A stretch of DNA of 64,000 bases from Dehalococcoidia bacterium (GTDB taxonomy: Bacteria > Chloroflexota > Dehalococcoidia > SM23-28-2 > HRBIN24), in NCBI GenBank assembly GCA_025062275.1, contig JANXAP010000020.1:19882-83881 (forward strand), written 5' to 3'. The notes beneath the pieces are model-generated. The model was not told the DNA's origin. It saw only the letters and a list, made by a program, of their open reading frames with translations, and made no database searches. Both the position numbers and the translations under genes were made by a program. Shown here piece after piece: positions 1 through 10,117 of the stretch (its first letter is position 1; each line of letters starts with the position of its first letter).

Positions 1-18
1 AAGGAGGCGGAGCGTATC

Positions 19-186
19 ATGCCCACTTCCTTCGCCGCCCGTTCTTTCAAGGCAGGCTATCCCCAGCGGGTCCCTTATCACCACCGGCCCGTGTACAACC
101 GACCGCCCAAGTTCGACCGCGTCATCGCGCCGGTGCGCCAGCCCGAAGCGGAAGAGCCGCAGCAGGGCCAGGGAGAGGAGGGATAG
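19..186 (+). CDS. hypothetical small protein (55 aa)
   Basis: ATG at 19 preceded by AAGGAGG at 1-7; open to TAG at 184-186; too short for the ORF track; no family recognised. Confidence 0.35.
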   Translation: MPTSFAARSFKAGYPQRVPYHHRPVYNRPPKFDRVIAPVRQPEAEEPQQGQGEEG

Positions 187-187
187 G

Positions 188-643
188 ATGCCTCTCTACG
201 AATACTACTGTCGTCACTGCGAGGGCATCTTCGAGTACTTCCGTCCCATGCGCGACGCCTCGCTGCCCGCCCCCTGTCCCCAGTGTCACCGCGATGCCGA
301 GCGGATCATGTCCAGCTTCAACGCCTTCACCATGCGCGATGGCTACCCCCGTCGCCTGCCCGACAAGGGCACCTACTGGCACCTGGAGCGGGAGGTCAAG
401 AGCCTGGCCACCCGCATGCGCCACTACGAGCACCCGGAGCTGGCCGAGCCAGAGGTCAAGCCCAAGCCCACCAAAGGGGAGCTGGAGGACAAGGCCGAGA
501 AGGAGCGCCTGGAGAAGGCCGACGAGAGCTATCGTCGTCGTTGGGGCATCGACAAGCAGGGCTTCCCCCTGCCCATCGCCGTCAAGAAGAAGTCGCCCAA
601 GACCATCCTCAGCCCCCACGGCCGCGCCGAGGTGAAGGACTAG
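188..643 (+). CDS. FmdB-family zinc-ribbon regulatory protein
   Basis: N-terminal CxxC...CxxC zinc-ribbon (YYCRHCEGIF...CPQC); Lys/Glu-rich tail; RBS GGAGGG upstream. Confidence 0.75.
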   Translation: MPLYEYYCRHCEGIFEYFRPMRDASLPAPCPQCHRDAERIMSSFNAFTMRDGYPRRLPDKGTYWHLEREVKSLATRMRHYEHPELAEPEVKPKPTKGELEDKAEKERLEKADESYRRRWGIDKQGFPLPIAVKKKSPKTILSPHGRAEVKD

Positions 644-1012
644 CCGCCGGCGGCCTCATCCGCCTGCGCCGAGGCGCCGGACACGACACCAGCGGGGCAC
701 GGGCCGGGGCCGGGACGCGGCGGGCCGTCCCCACGTCGTGGAGGCAGTGGGGAGTAAGCCGCCCGCGGGGCATCGGGGGTAGCGCGTCGTCAGGCAGAGG
801 TGTCCGGCTGCTCCCACTCCTGGGCCCGCCGTCCGAACTCTAGCCCTCGCTGGAGGGGTCGGCGGCGACCGCGGGCGCAGGGCCTCCCACCCAGACCGCC
901 CAGGTCGGCCCCTGCAGACAGTCCACGGCCCTCGAGCGCTGCTTCCAGAGACGCTGCGCAGCTGGCCCGCTCCCGTGCCACTCGGTGGGCGCTCGCGGCG
1001 CCATTACGGCGG

Positions 1013-1975
1013 CTAGCTGCGCCGCTCCAGGATGTACTGGGCCAGCTCCTCCAAGGTGCGACGGGCCTCCGTCGCCGGCAGGGGCGACAGCGCCTCGAGG
1101 GCCCGCCGACAGAACTGGTTGGCCATGGCATAGGACTCGGCCGGGATGTCCGATTCTCGCACCATGAGCACCGCCTGCTGCAGGTGGTCCTCCGTCCGCT
1201 CGCGGAAGAAGCGCTGCACCGGGTTGTCTGCCGGATAGCGCTGCATCAACAAGAGCGAGGGCAGGGTGAGGGTGCCCTGCATGAGGTCGCTGCCCACGGG
1301 CTTGCCCATCTCCGCCTCGTCGCCGGTGAAGTCCAGAATGTCGTCCACGATCTGGAAGGCCATCCCCAGGTTGTAGCCATATTCGCGCAGGGCCTGGATC
1401 CATTCCTCCGGCTCTTCAGCCACGATGGCCCCGCCCTCGCAGGCCGTGGCGAACAGGGAGGCAGTCTTGCCAGCGATGCGGTGCAGGTATTCCTGCACGT
1501 CCTGACGGGAGTCGTAGGCCGACATGTCCTGGGTGATCTCGCCGCGGGCCATGACCATCAGCGTGTGGGCGAAAAGGCGGATGACGCGGATGTTGCCAGT
1601 GCGGGCCACCAGCTCGGCAGCATGGGCGAACATGTAGTCCCCCAGCATCACACAGGTGCTGTTGTGGAAGACGCTGTTGACCGTGGGGCGCCCGCGGCGG
1701 GTGTCGGCGCTGTCGATGACGTCGTCGTGCACCAGGGTGGCCGTGTGCAGCAGCTCCACCGAGGCGGCCAGAGGCACCAGCAGGTCCAGCCGGTAATGGC
1801 CGAAGGTGCCCGCCAGCAGCACCAGGGCCGGCCGCAACCGCTTGCCGGAGGTCGAGAGCACCAGCTCCAGCATCTGGGCCAGGGGCTGATAGTCCACCTG
1901 GCGCAGGGAGCCGATGACCTCCTCTACCAGGGCCAGGTCCTGCTGCACGGGGCCGTAGAGACGGGACGCGACCAT
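1013..1975 (-). CDS. polyprenyl diphosphate synthase (heptaprenyl/octaprenyl type)
   Basis: Two DDxxD motifs (LVHDDVIDSAD, FQIVDDILD) and overall trans-IPPS fold signature. Confidence 0.85.
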   Translation of the reverse strand: MVASRLYGPVQQDLALVEEVIGSLRQVDYQPLAQMLELVLSTSGKRLRPALVLLAGTFGHYRLDLLVPLAASVELLHTATLVHDDVIDSADTRRGRPTVNSVFHNSTCVMLGDYMFAHAAELVARTGNIRVIRLFAHTLMVMARGEITQDMSAYDSRQDVQEYLHRIAGKTASLFATACEGGAIVAEEPEEWIQALREYGYNLGMAFQIVDDILDFTGDEAEMGKPVGSDLMQGTLTLPSLLLMQRYPADNPVQRFFRERTEDHLQQAVLMVRESDIPAESYAMANQFCRRALEALSPLPATEARRTLEELAQYILERRS

Positions 1976-2794
1976 CTAGGTTCCTTCCTCCTCGCCGATG
2001 TCCCCCAGCCCGAACAGCCAGGCGGCGGCCAGGGCAGTGCCCCGGGCCACCCGCCACGCTTCCTCGCCCCGCAAGCGGGCGATGGCCTCCACCGTCTCGG
2101 GCAGGTAGGCAGGCTCGTTGCGCTGCCCCCGCCGTCCCTGGGGAGGAAGATAGGGGGCATCGGTCTCCACCGTCAGCCAGCGCAGGGGCAGCCCCCTGGC
2201 GACGGTGCAGATGCGCTCGCTCTTGGGATAGGTGCAGGTGGCTGGCACCGAAACGAGGAAGCCCAGCTGCACGTAGCGCAGGGCCAGAGGAAGGTCGCCC
2301 GCGAAGCAATGCATCTGGCCCAGGGGACGGTCGTGGGGCCAGTCGGGCAGCACCGCTCGCTCGTACCGGCTCAGGATGGCGAACGTCTCCTGGTCGGCTT
2401 CCCGCGAGTGCACCACCACTGGCAGGCGCAGCTCGGCGGCCAGTTCCAGCTGGGCGAGGAAGGCGCGGCGCTGGTCATCGGGGGGCGACAGGTTGCGGTA
2501 GAAGTCCAGGCCCGTCTCGCCGATGGCTACCACCTTAGCCGAGTCGGCCAGGCGCCGCAGGGCTTTGAGGGAGCGACCGTCCAGCCGGCTGGCATAGTGG
2601 GGGTGGACTCCGATGACGGCATAGACGTCGGCGTGCTCGTCGGCCATCTCCACCGCTCGCTGGCTGGACTCCAGGTCCCAACCCACCACTACGAAGGCTC
2701 GCACGCCCGTCTCGCGGGCGCGGGCCAGCACCTGCTGGCGGTCGGCCTCGAACTGGCGGTCCTGGAGGTGGCAATGGGCATCTACTAGCAACAT
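1976..2794 (-). CDS. tatD: TatD-family metal-dependent deoxyribonuclease
   Basis: MLLVDAHCHL N-terminus and TatD motifs; ATG at 2792-2794 overlaps metG stop (TGATG); upstream part of the 439-aa track ORF rejected. Confidence 0.85.
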   Translation of the reverse strand: MLLVDAHCHLQDRQFEADRQQVLARARETGVRAFVVVGWDLESSQRAVEMADEHADVYAVIGVHPHYASRLDGRSLKALRRLADSAKVVAIGETGLDFYRNLSPPDDQRRAFLAQLELAAELRLPVVVHSREADQETFAILSRYERAVLPDWPHDRPLGQMHCFAGDLPLALRYVQLGFLVSVPATCTYPKSERICTVARGLPLRWLTVETDAPYLPPQGRRGQRNEPAYLPETVEAIARLRGEEAWRVARGTALAAAWLFGLGDIGEEEGT

Positions 2795-4476
2795 CAGGCG
2801 CCCAGGCGGGCCTCCTCCTCCTCGACGATGCTCGGGTCCAGCTTCTTGAAAAGGGGCTCGGGCTCCAGCAGGTGCTGCCCCGGTCGAGGCAGATCGAAGC
2901 GCCAGCCCTGGGCCTCCAGCGTGCCCTTGTAGCCCAGCATCTGATGCAGCCGCTGGCTGGTGAAGGGCAGATAGGGGTAAAAGGCTACCTTGAGTCCATT
3001 GATGGCAGCGATGCTGGTGTAGATGACGGTGGCGCAACGGGGCCGGTCCTGCCCCACCAGCCGCCAGGGCGCGCTGTCCTCCAGGTAACGATTGGCCTCC
3101 CGCGCCGCCGCCATGGCCGCCTCGATCCCCGCCCGGAAGCGACAGGCAGCGATGTTCTCCCCCGTCCGCTTCAGGGCCTGCTCCACCTGATGTAGCAACA
3201 TCCGGTCTCGCTCCAGCAGCTGGGCCGGCGTGGGGATGGTGCGGTCGAAGTGGCGGTAGGCAAAGGCCAGCACCCGGTTCACCAGGTTGCCCCACGTGGC
3301 CACCAGCTCGTCGTTGTTGCGACGCACGAAGTCGGCCCAGGTGAAGTCCGAGTCGGAGGTCTCGGGCATGGTCACCGCCAGGTAGTAACGCAGGGGGTCT
3401 GGATCGTAGCGTGAGAGGAAGTCAAGCACCCACACCGCGAGGTTGCGGCTGGTGGAGGCCTTGGCCCCCCGCACCGTCTGGTACTGATTGGCGGGGACAT
3501 CGTATGGCAGGTTGTACGGCTCGCCGGTGGCGTCGGAATAGGCCATCAGCTGGGCCGGCCAGATGAGGGTGTGGAAGATGATGTTGTCCTTGCCGATGAA
3601 GTAATAGCTCTTGCACTTGGGGTCCTGCCAGAACTGGCGCCACTTTTCGGGGTCGCCCTGGCGCTGCGCCCACTCCTTGGAGGCCGAAAGGTAGCCGATG
3701 ACGGCCTCGAACCAGACATAGATGCGCTTGTCCTGGTACCCCTCCAGGGGAATGGGCACCCCCCACGTGATGTCGCGGGTGATGGCCCGGTCGCGCAGCC
3801 CCTGCTCCAGCAACGACAGGGAGAAGTTGAGGACGTTCTTGCGCCAGTGGGCCTTGTCGCTGGAGAGCCACTTGCGCAGGCGGTCGTTGTAAGCGCTGAG
3901 ACGCAGGAAGAAGTGCTCCGACTCCCGTATCTCCGGGCGGGAGCCGTCGAAGCGGCAACGAGGGTCCAGGAGGTCCACGGGGTCCAGCACGTTGCCGCAG
4001 TTGTCGCACTGGTCGCCCCGGGCCGCCGTGTAGCCACAGATGGGGCAGGTGCCCTCCACGTAGCGGTCCAGCAGGAAGCGCTCCTCCACGGTGCAGAAGG
4101 GAAGGCGCATGGTGCCCTTGTAGATGTCGCCTCGCTCGTAGAGCTTCAGGAAGATGTCGTGCACGGTGCGAGCATGGTTCTCGGTCCCCGTAGAGGTGTA
4201 AAGGTCGAAGCTGATGCCCAGCCGCCGCCACGTTTCGAGGAACTCCTGGTGGTAGTGGGCGGCGATCTCGGCCGGCGTCTTCCCTTCCTGCTCCGCCCGC
4301 ACGGTGATGGGCGTGCCGTGCTGGTCGCTGCCCGAGACCATCAGCACCTGGTTGCCGACGGTGCGGTGGTAACGGGCGAAGATATCGGCAGGCAGATAAG
4401 CCCCCACTATCTGTCCGGTGTGCAAGGGGCCGTTGGCGTAGGGCCAGGCCACGCCGATGAAGATTCGCTCGGCCAT
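2794..4476 (-). CDS. metG: methionyl-tRNA synthetase
   Basis: PLHTGQ (HIGH-type) motif, zinc knuckle CPICG...CDNCG, class I aaRS anticodon-binding region. Confidence 0.9.
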   Translation of the reverse strand: MAERIFIGVAWPYANGPLHTGQIVGAYLPADIFARYHRTVGNQVLMVSGSDQHGTPITVRAEQEGKTPAEIAAHYHQEFLETWRRLGISFDLYTSTGTENHARTVHDIFLKLYERGDIYKGTMRLPFCTVEERFLLDRYVEGTCPICGYTAARGDQCDNCGNVLDPVDLLDPRCRFDGSRPEIRESEHFFLRLSAYNDRLRKWLSSDKAHWRKNVLNFSLSLLEQGLRDRAITRDITWGVPIPLEGYQDKRIYVWFEAVIGYLSASKEWAQRQGDPEKWRQFWQDPKCKSYYFIGKDNIIFHTLIWPAQLMAYSDATGEPYNLPYDVPANQYQTVRGAKASTSRNLAVWVLDFLSRYDPDPLRYYLAVTMPETSDSDFTWADFVRRNNDELVATWGNLVNRVLAFAYRHFDRTIPTPAQLLERDRMLLHQVEQALKRTGENIAACRFRAGIEAAMAAAREANRYLEDSAPWRLVGQDRPRCATVIYTSIAAINGLKVAFYPYLPFTSQRLHQMLGYKGTLEAQGWRFDLPRPGQHLLEPEPLFKKLDPSIVEEEEARLGA

Positions 4477-4495
4477 CTCCGCTCAGTTGTGGATT

Positions 4496-5404
4496 TTAAC
4501 ACAGGCCCCCCTGGCCAGGGCGGGATGCCGACTCCAGCCAGAGGCGATAGACCAGGCGCCTGGGCAGGCCATGGCGGGCTGACACCTGGGCCACTGCCTC
4601 TCGCGCCCTCAGCCCCTGCTCCCTCAGGGACGCCAGCTCTTCTCTCAACGCCTCTTTCTGGGACTCGGTCAGCGGCGAAGTCGTCCCGTGCCCCTCGCCC
4701 GACAGGCGCGCTTCCCCTCCTCCTTGCTCGCCGGCCCGATCCGTCCTGGCGCCCTGTATGACCAGTGTGAACTCCCCTCGCGGCTCCTGGAAGTGGGCCA
4801 GGGCCGCTGACACCGTGCCCCGGAACACCTCCTCGAAGGCCTTGGTCAGCTCCCGACAGACAGCGATACGACGGTCGCCCAGCACATCCAGCACGTCCGC
4901 CAGGGACGCCCGCAGGCGGTGGGGGGCTTCCAGAGCCACCAGTGTGCAGCCAAGCCCCCTTACCTCCGCCAGCAGGCGCCTGCGCTCGCCCTGGCGGCGG
5001 GGCAGAAAGCCCAGAAAGAGAAAGCGGTTCGCAGGCATCCCTGAGACGGCCAGGGCCGTCACCACCGCAGAGGGACCCGGCACCGGCACTACTCGAAAGC
5101 CGGCCGCCGCCGCTGCCGCTACCAGGTCGGTGCCCGGGTCGCTGATGCCCGGCATCCCCGCCTCCGACACCAGGGCCACGTCTCCCTCCCGCAGGAGGGA
5201 CAGGATGTAGGGGATTCGGGCCGCCTTGTTATGCTCGTTGTAGCTCACCAGTCGGGCGCGGATCCCGTAGTGGGAAAGCAGCTTGCGAGCGGTGCGGGTG
5301 TCCTCGGCCGCTATGGAGGACACCTCCCGGAGGACGCGCAGGGCGCGCAGGGTCACGTCCTCCAGGTTGCCGATGGGCGTGGCCACCAGATAGAGCACCG
5401 GCAT
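4496..5404 (-). CDS. rsmI: 16S rRNA (cytidine1402-2'-O)-methyltransferase
   Basis: LYLVATPIGNLEDVTLRAL tetrapyrrole-methylase fold N-terminus typical of RsmI. Confidence 0.9.
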   Translation of the reverse strand: MPVLYLVATPIGNLEDVTLRALRVLREVSSIAAEDTRTARKLLSHYGIRARLVSYNEHNKAARIPYILSLLREGDVALVSEAGMPGISDPGTDLVAAAAAAGFRVVPVPGPSAVVTALAVSGMPANRFLFLGFLPRRQGERRRLLAEVRGLGCTLVALEAPHRLRASLADVLDVLGDRRIAVCRELTKAFEEVFRGTVSAALAHFQEPRGEFTLVIQGARTDRAGEQGGGEARLSGEGHGTTSPLTESQKEALREELASLREQGLRAREAVAQVSARHGLPRRLVYRLWLESASRPGQGGLC

Positions 5405-5459
5405 GGAATGCCTTCCGGGAAAGTGCTAAGACCCGTTTGCTGGAATGGGGCGAGTTACA

Positions 5460-5488
5460 TTGACCGCAGCCCCCTTTCCTGGTATATT
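5460..5488 (+). promoter_or_regulatory. sigma70-like promoter (TTGACC-N17-TATATT) for the IMPDH-family gene
   Basis: Near-consensus -35/-10 with 17-nt spacer about 45 nt upstream of the ATG at 5536. Confidence 0.4.
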
Positions 5489-5535
5489 CTCATCTAAACA
5501 CAGGTCAGCGACCAGCAGCAGGGGGTCGGTAGCGT

Positions 5536-6684
5536 ATGAGTATCGTTCCCATGAAGGAGTTGAGGCCCGCCTACGGCTTCGACGACGTGGCTATCGTGCC
5601 CGGGTCCGTCACCGTCAACCCGGAGCTGACGGATGTGCGCTTCAGCCTGGGCGGCTTCACCTTCGAGCTGCCCATCTTGGCTGCCGCCCTGGACGCCATC
5701 GTCGATCCCCAGTTCGCCATCGCCTTCGCCAGGCTGGGCGGGCTGGCCGTCCTGAACCTGGAGGGCCTCTACACGCGCTACGAGGACCCCTACGCTGCCA
5801 TCGCTGAGATCGTGTCGGCTTCCCAGGAGGAGTCGGCCGCAGTCATCCAGCGCCTCTACTCGGCCCCTATCCGCGAGGAGCTGGTGGGGGAGCGCGTGCG
5901 TCAGATCAAGGCCGGGGGCGCCGTGTGCGCTGTGGCAGCCACGCCGGCCAACACCAAGCGCCTGGCACCCATCGCTGTGGAGGCGGGGGCCGATATCTTC
6001 GTCGTGCAGTCCACGGTAACCACTGCCCGCCACATCTCCCGCTCCCTGCGGGGCCTCATCTTCGAAGAGCTAGTGGAGATGCTGCGGGTGCCGGTGGTGG
6101 TGGGGAATACCGTCACCTACGCCGCCACCAAGGAGCTGATGGAGACGGGCATCGCTGCCGTGCTGGTGGGCGTGGGGCCCGGCGCCAGCTGCACCTCCCG
6201 CGAGGTGCTGGGCATCGGCGTGCCCCAGGTTACGGCCACCATCGAGTGCGCCGCCGCCCGCGACCAGTATTACCGGGAGACGGGGCGCTACGTGCCTATC
6301 ATCACCGACGGCGGGATGCGCAACGGGGGCGACATCTGCAAGGCGCTGGCTGCCGGGGCCGACGCGGTGATGCTGGGCAGCATCTTCGCCCGCACTCAGG
6401 AGGCGCCCGCTCGCGGCTACTCCTGGGGCATGTCCACAGGCCATGCCCAGCTGCCGCGGGGCACCCGCATCCACACCGGGGTGGACACCACCCTGGAACG
6501 GCTGCTGTTCGGCCCCACCTCTCGCACCGACGGGGCCGAGAACCTGGTGGGGGCCATCCGCACCGCTATGGGGATGTGCGGTGCTCGCACCATATCCGAG
6601 TTCCACCAGGCGGAGATGATCGTGGCGCCGGCCATCAAGACGGAAGGCAAGGCCTTCCAGATGGCCCAGGCGGCCCGCCGCTAG
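5536..6684 (+). CDS. IMP dehydrogenase family protein without CBS domains (GuaB3-like)
   Basis: IMPDH/GMPR TIM-barrel motifs including catalytic Cys loop [13 protein letters not shown]; ~380 aa with no CBS insert. Confidence 0.8.
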   Translation: MSIVPMKELRPAYGFDDVAIVPGSVTVNPELTDVRFSLGGFTFELPILAAALDAIVDPQFAIAFARLGGLAVLNLEGLYTRYEDPYAAIAEIVSASQEESAAVIQRLYSAPIREELVGERVRQIKAGGAVCAVAATPANTKRLAPIAVEAGADIFVVQSTVTTARHISRSLRGLIFEELVEMLRVPVVVGNTVTYAATKELMETGIAAVLVGVGPGASCTSREVLGIGVPQVTATIECAAARDQYYRETGRYVPIITDGGMRNGGDICKALAAGADAVMLGSIFARTQEAPARGYSWGMSTGHAQLPRGTRIHTGVDTTLERLLFGPTSRTDGAENLVGAIRTAMGMCGARTISEFHQAEMIVAPAIKTEGKAFQMAQAARR

Positions 6685-7862
6685 CGCTCCTCGCCCGGCC
6701 CGCACTGGGGCGCGATACTGGCAAAGGCCCAGTCCAGCAGCCTCTGGGCGTCGTTCACCACGTCCTCGCTAGCCAGCACGCTGACAATGAGGCGTCGACC
6801 GTCCCGCTCCGCTGCCGCCACGATGGTCTGCCGTGCCTGGTCGGTGTAGCCGATCTTGACCCCGATGGCCCCCTCGTAGTTGTAGATGAACACGTTGCTG
6901 TTCCAGAGTAGCGGCCCGGGCCAGGCGGGCTGATAGGTACGACTGGCGACTATACGCGCCAGTTCGGGCCGCAGCAGTAGCGCTCGCCCCAGCATGGCCA
7001 TGTCGTAGGCCGAGCTGTAATGGCCCGGCTCGTCCAGCCCGTGCGGGTTGCGGAACTGGCTGTCCCGCAGGCCGAGCCTCTGCACCTCGCGGTTCATCAT
7101 CTGGACGAAGGCCGGGACGCTGCCCCCTACGTAGGCGGCGATGGCCAGGGCAGCATCGTTCCCCGAGGGGAGCAACAGCCCGTAGAGGAGGTCGCGCAGG
7201 GAGAGGGTCATCCCCGGCTTCAGCCCCATGACGGTGGAGCCGGTGGTGAAGTTCAGCTCGCCCCCGTCCACGTTCACCGTCACCATCGCCGAAAGGGGCG
7301 CTCGCTCCTCGGCCACCAGGGCGGTGACGATCTTGGTGAGACTGGCCGGCGGCAGGCGCTCGTGCTCGTTGAGGGCGTAGAGCAGGGCGCCGCAAGGCTC
7401 CTCCACCACCGCCACCGCGCGGCCCGACACGCTGGGCGGCGCCGCGAGAGGGGTGGGCAGGGGACGCTGCACCGGCGTTGGGGGGACAGCTCCCCCCTGA
7501 CCCGAGCGGGTGCTGTGAGCGGCCTCCCTCTCCCCTGCCTCGGCTGCGGCGCCGTCCGGGACCGTAGCGGGACGGGTGCTGCCGTCCCCGCGGAGCAGCA
7601 GGAGGCCCAGTGCGCCCAGGACGCAGGCCAGCAGCAAGGGCAGAAGCCAGCGCCTGCGCCCCGCCTGTCGGCGCGAGGGCAGATAGCCGTACCGGTAACG
7701 GGGCGCCCGTCTGCTCACCGTCGTCGCACGTGGGGCCTTGCCCGCGCCCGAACCGGAGAGCGCCCACCCGTCCTGCCCCAGGCCCTTACGGGTATGATAG
7801 CCGACATCGATGCCGACGGGGGAGGTCGACGCCCCTTCTGGCGCTCGACCGGGGCAGCGCAT
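6681..7862 (-). CDS. D-alanyl-D-alanine carboxypeptidase (serine-type, PBP5/6 family)
   Basis: SxxK (ASLTK), SGN (PSGND) and KTG-like motifs; N-terminal TM anchor; exact start uncertain. Confidence 0.75.
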   Translation of the reverse strand: MRCPGRAPEGASTSPVGIDVGYHTRKGLGQDGWALSGSGAGKAPRATTVSRRAPRYRYGYLPSRRQAGRRRWLLPLLLACVLGALGLLLLRGDGSTRPATVPDGAAAEAGEREAAHSTRSGQGGAVPPTPVQRPLPTPLAAPPSVSGRAVAVVEEPCGALLYALNEHERLPPASLTKIVTALVAEERAPLSAMVTVNVDGGELNFTTGSTVMGLKPGMTLSLRDLLYGLLLPSGNDAALAIAAYVGGSVPAFVQMMNREVQRLGLRDSQFRNPHGLDEPGHYSSAYDMAMLGRALLLRPELARIVASRTYQPAWPGPLLWNSNVFIYNYEGAIGVKIGYTDQARQTIVAAAERDGRRLIVSVLASEDVVNDAQRLLDWAFASIAPQCGPGEER

Positions 7863-7897
7863 ACCATAGGAGTAACGTCCCGTAGGGAAGTCGGCGC

Positions 7898-8950
7898 GTG
7901 TGGCGTAAGCTGCTGCTGACGGCCGTGGCCCTGACGACGGCAGGGCTGCTCTCCGTCGGCCGTGGCCAGGCCCAGTCCCCCCAGATATCGGTGGGAGTGG
8001 CCGCTTCCTCCCCCGGCAGTACAGCCATCGTGGCCGTCACCGTCTCCCCCGATCCCCAGGCCCCCCTGGGGGCGGCCGTGTTGCGCATCGCCTACGACTC
8101 CTCCCGCCTGCGGGCCACTGCTTTCTCCCCCCTATCGGAGGGCGTGGTGGCTGAGTGCGACCTTTCGGCAGTGGGGTCGGTCCGCTGTGGGCTGCTACAC
8201 GCCACGGGAATGGCGGGGCAGGTCATGTCCCTCACTTTCCAGGTCCTGCCAGCAGCAGCGCCGGGCGTCGTCCCCCTCTCGCTCACTGTGGAGGAGTGCT
8301 TCACCGTTCAGGGGGATGGGGCCAACTGCCTCCGCGCCGACGGGGCGGTGGTCGTCCAGTCGACCACCACGCCGCCGCCGGCACCGCTGCTGGTGGCCAT
8401 TCGCCCCCTGTCAACGACCCAGGCCCTTATCAGTTGGCTGCCGACCTCAGGGACCACCCATTACCGCCTGAGGAGCGCCCTCAACTTCGAAATGACCTTT
8501 GGCGTCAGGGAGACGCCGCTACCGGTGGAGTCGCTGCCCCTGGGCAATGGCCTGACGGTGGGGGTGCCCGACGCCGACGGCCTGGCCTTCTACTACCAGC
8601 TGGCCGCCTGCAACCAGGCAGGGTGTTCGCCCTTCGTGCGCGCCGGGGGGCTGGCGCGCCGCATATGGCCGGGTGCCAACGACTGGAACTTCTACATGGC
8701 GGCCTACGACTTTATAGGCACCACCACCGCCTGGGCCTTCAACGCCAGCCCCGTGCCGGGCAAGGCGTCGGTCATCGCCTTTTACGACGGTATCCAGGGT
8801 TTCGGCGCCACGCCCAGGGGCCAGTGCTCGTTGCCACTGCCGCCGGGCAGCGCCTGCACCCTCAGCTGGCCGGGGGCCAGCGCCTTCGCCAGCGCCTCTC
8901 AGTCCTTCCCGCCCTTCGGAGAGGTGGGCACAGCCCTGAGGGTCAGGTAG
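7898..8950 (+). CDS. secreted protein with cohesin-like and FN3-like domains
   Basis: Signal peptide MWRKLLLTAVALTTAGLLSVGRGQAQ; cohesin-like beta-sandwich pattern (AIVAVTVSPD...VLRIAYDSSRL); Thr/Pro linker then FN3-like segment. Confidence 0.55.
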   Translation: MWRKLLLTAVALTTAGLLSVGRGQAQSPQISVGVAASSPGSTAIVAVTVSPDPQAPLGAAVLRIAYDSSRLRATAFSPLSEGVVAECDLSAVGSVRCGLLHATGMAGQVMSLTFQVLPAAAPGVVPLSLTVEECFTVQGDGANCLRADGAVVVQSTTTPPPAPLLVAIRPLSTTQALISWLPTSGTTHYRLRSALNFEMTFGVRETPLPVESLPLGNGLTVGVPDADGLAFYYQLAACNQAGCSPFVRAGGLARRIWPGANDWNFYMAAYDFIGTTTAWAFNASPVPGKASVIAFYDGIQGFGATPRGQCSLPLPPGSACTLSWPGASAFASASQSFPPFGEVGTALRVR

Positions 8951-8980
8951 ACGCTGCGGCGGCCGGGGCCATTCGCGGCC

Positions 8981-10042
8981 TTAGCCCATCCCTTCGCCCT
9001 CGAACAGGGGCCTCTGCAGAGGCTGGGGAGGCGACAGCCCCAGGTGACGGTAGGCGAGGGGGGTAGCGACCCGGCCCCGCGGGGTCCGCTTGAGCAGCCC
9101 CGCCTGCATCAGATAGGGCTCGTAGACCTCCATGATGGTGTCGGGGTCCTCGGAGATGGCGGCGGCGATGGTCTCGATGCCCACGGGGCCCCCCGCGAAC
9201 TTTTCGACGATGGTCCTGAGCAGCTTGTGGTCCACTTCGTCCAGGCCCAGGGGGTCGACCCGCAACTGCTCCAGGGCCTGCCGCGCCACCTCACCAGTCA
9301 CGACCCCCGCCGCCCTCACCTGTGCATAGTCGCGGGCACGCCGCAGCAGACGGTTCGCGATGCGTGGAGTGCCGCGGGCGCGGCGAGCTATCTCCAGCGT
9401 CCCCTCCTCGTCGATCTCCACACCCAGGACGCCTGCATTGCGGCGCACGATGGCTGCCAGCTCCTCCTCCGAGTAGAAGTCCAGGCGGTAGACGGCCCCG
9501 AAGCGGTCGCGCAGGGGGGCGCCCAGCAGGGCGTACCTGGTGGTGGCCCCCACCAGGGTGAAGGGGGGAAGGCGGAGGCGGATGGAGCGGGCGGCCGGCC
9601 TCTTCCCCAGCACGATGTCCAGCTGGAAGTCCTCCAGGGCGGGATAGAGCAGCTCCTCGGCGGCACGAGGCAGCCGGTGCACCTCGTCGATGAACAGCAC
9701 ATCGCCGGGCTGCAGCCCGGTGAGAATGGCCGCCAGGTCCCCCGGGCGCTCTATGGCGGGGCCGGAGGTGACGCGGATGGAGACGCCCATCTCATGGGCG
9801 ATGATGTGGGCCAGGGTGGTCTTGCCGAGCCCCGGCGGCCCGAAAAGCAGGACGTGGTCCAGAGGCTCGCCCCTGCTGCGGGCGGCAGCGATGGCGATGG
9901 CCAACGTCTCACGTATGTGGTCCTGCCCTACGAAGTCGGCCAGACGCCTCGGACGCAGGGTGGCATCCAGGGCCGTATCATCGGCCTGGGCGCTGGGGGA
10001 GACGGCGCGCTCTTCCACCGCTGGCTGGAGCGGGCGGGGCAC
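8981..10042 (-). CDS. ruvB: Holliday junction branch migration helicase RuvB
   Basis: AAA+ Walker [12 protein letters not shown], Walker [10 protein letters not shown], RuvB-specific C-terminal winged helix. Confidence 0.95.
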   Translation of the reverse strand: MPRPLQPAVEERAVSPSAQADDTALDATLRPRRLADFVGQDHIRETLAIAIAAARSRGEPLDHVLLFGPPGLGKTTLAHIIAHEMGVSIRVTSGPAIERPGDLAAILTGLQPGDVLFIDEVHRLPRAAEELLYPALEDFQLDIVLGKRPAARSIRLRLPPFTLVGATTRYALLGAPLRDRFGAVYRLDFYSEEELAAIVRRNAGVLGVEIDEEGTLEIARRARGTPRIANRLLRRARDYAQVRAAGVVTGEVARQALEQLRVDPLGLDEVDHKLLRTIVEKFAGGPVGIETIAAAISEDPDTIMEVYEPYLMQAGLLKRTPRGRVATPLAYRHLGLSPPQPLQRPLFEGEGMG

Positions 10043-10117
10043 GGGGCCGCCGCGCCTCGAATATCTGTGCTACGGCCATTATAACGAGGGTGCCCACCCC
10101 CGTCCACGCCGCGCGTC

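Noticed and set aside
122-619. 165-aa minus-strand ORF antisense to the fmdB-like gene
   Set aside because: Gly/Leu/Ala-rich composition typical of the non-coding frame opposite a real gene in high-GC DNA; no RBS; the sense-strand gene has clear zinc-ribbon motifs.
800-2788. 662-aa plus-strand ORF spanning the polyprenyl synthase and tatD region
   Set aside because: Runs antisense to two well-supported minus-strand genes; low-complexity Gly/Ala/Arg/His-rich translation; a long stop-free frame is expected by chance at 70% GC.
2795-3295. N-terminal 167-aa extension of the tatD track ORF overlapping metG
   Set aside because: The extension overlaps the MetRS coding sequence in another frame and is Gly/Pro/Ala-rich; TatD homology starts at the internal ATG 2792-2794.
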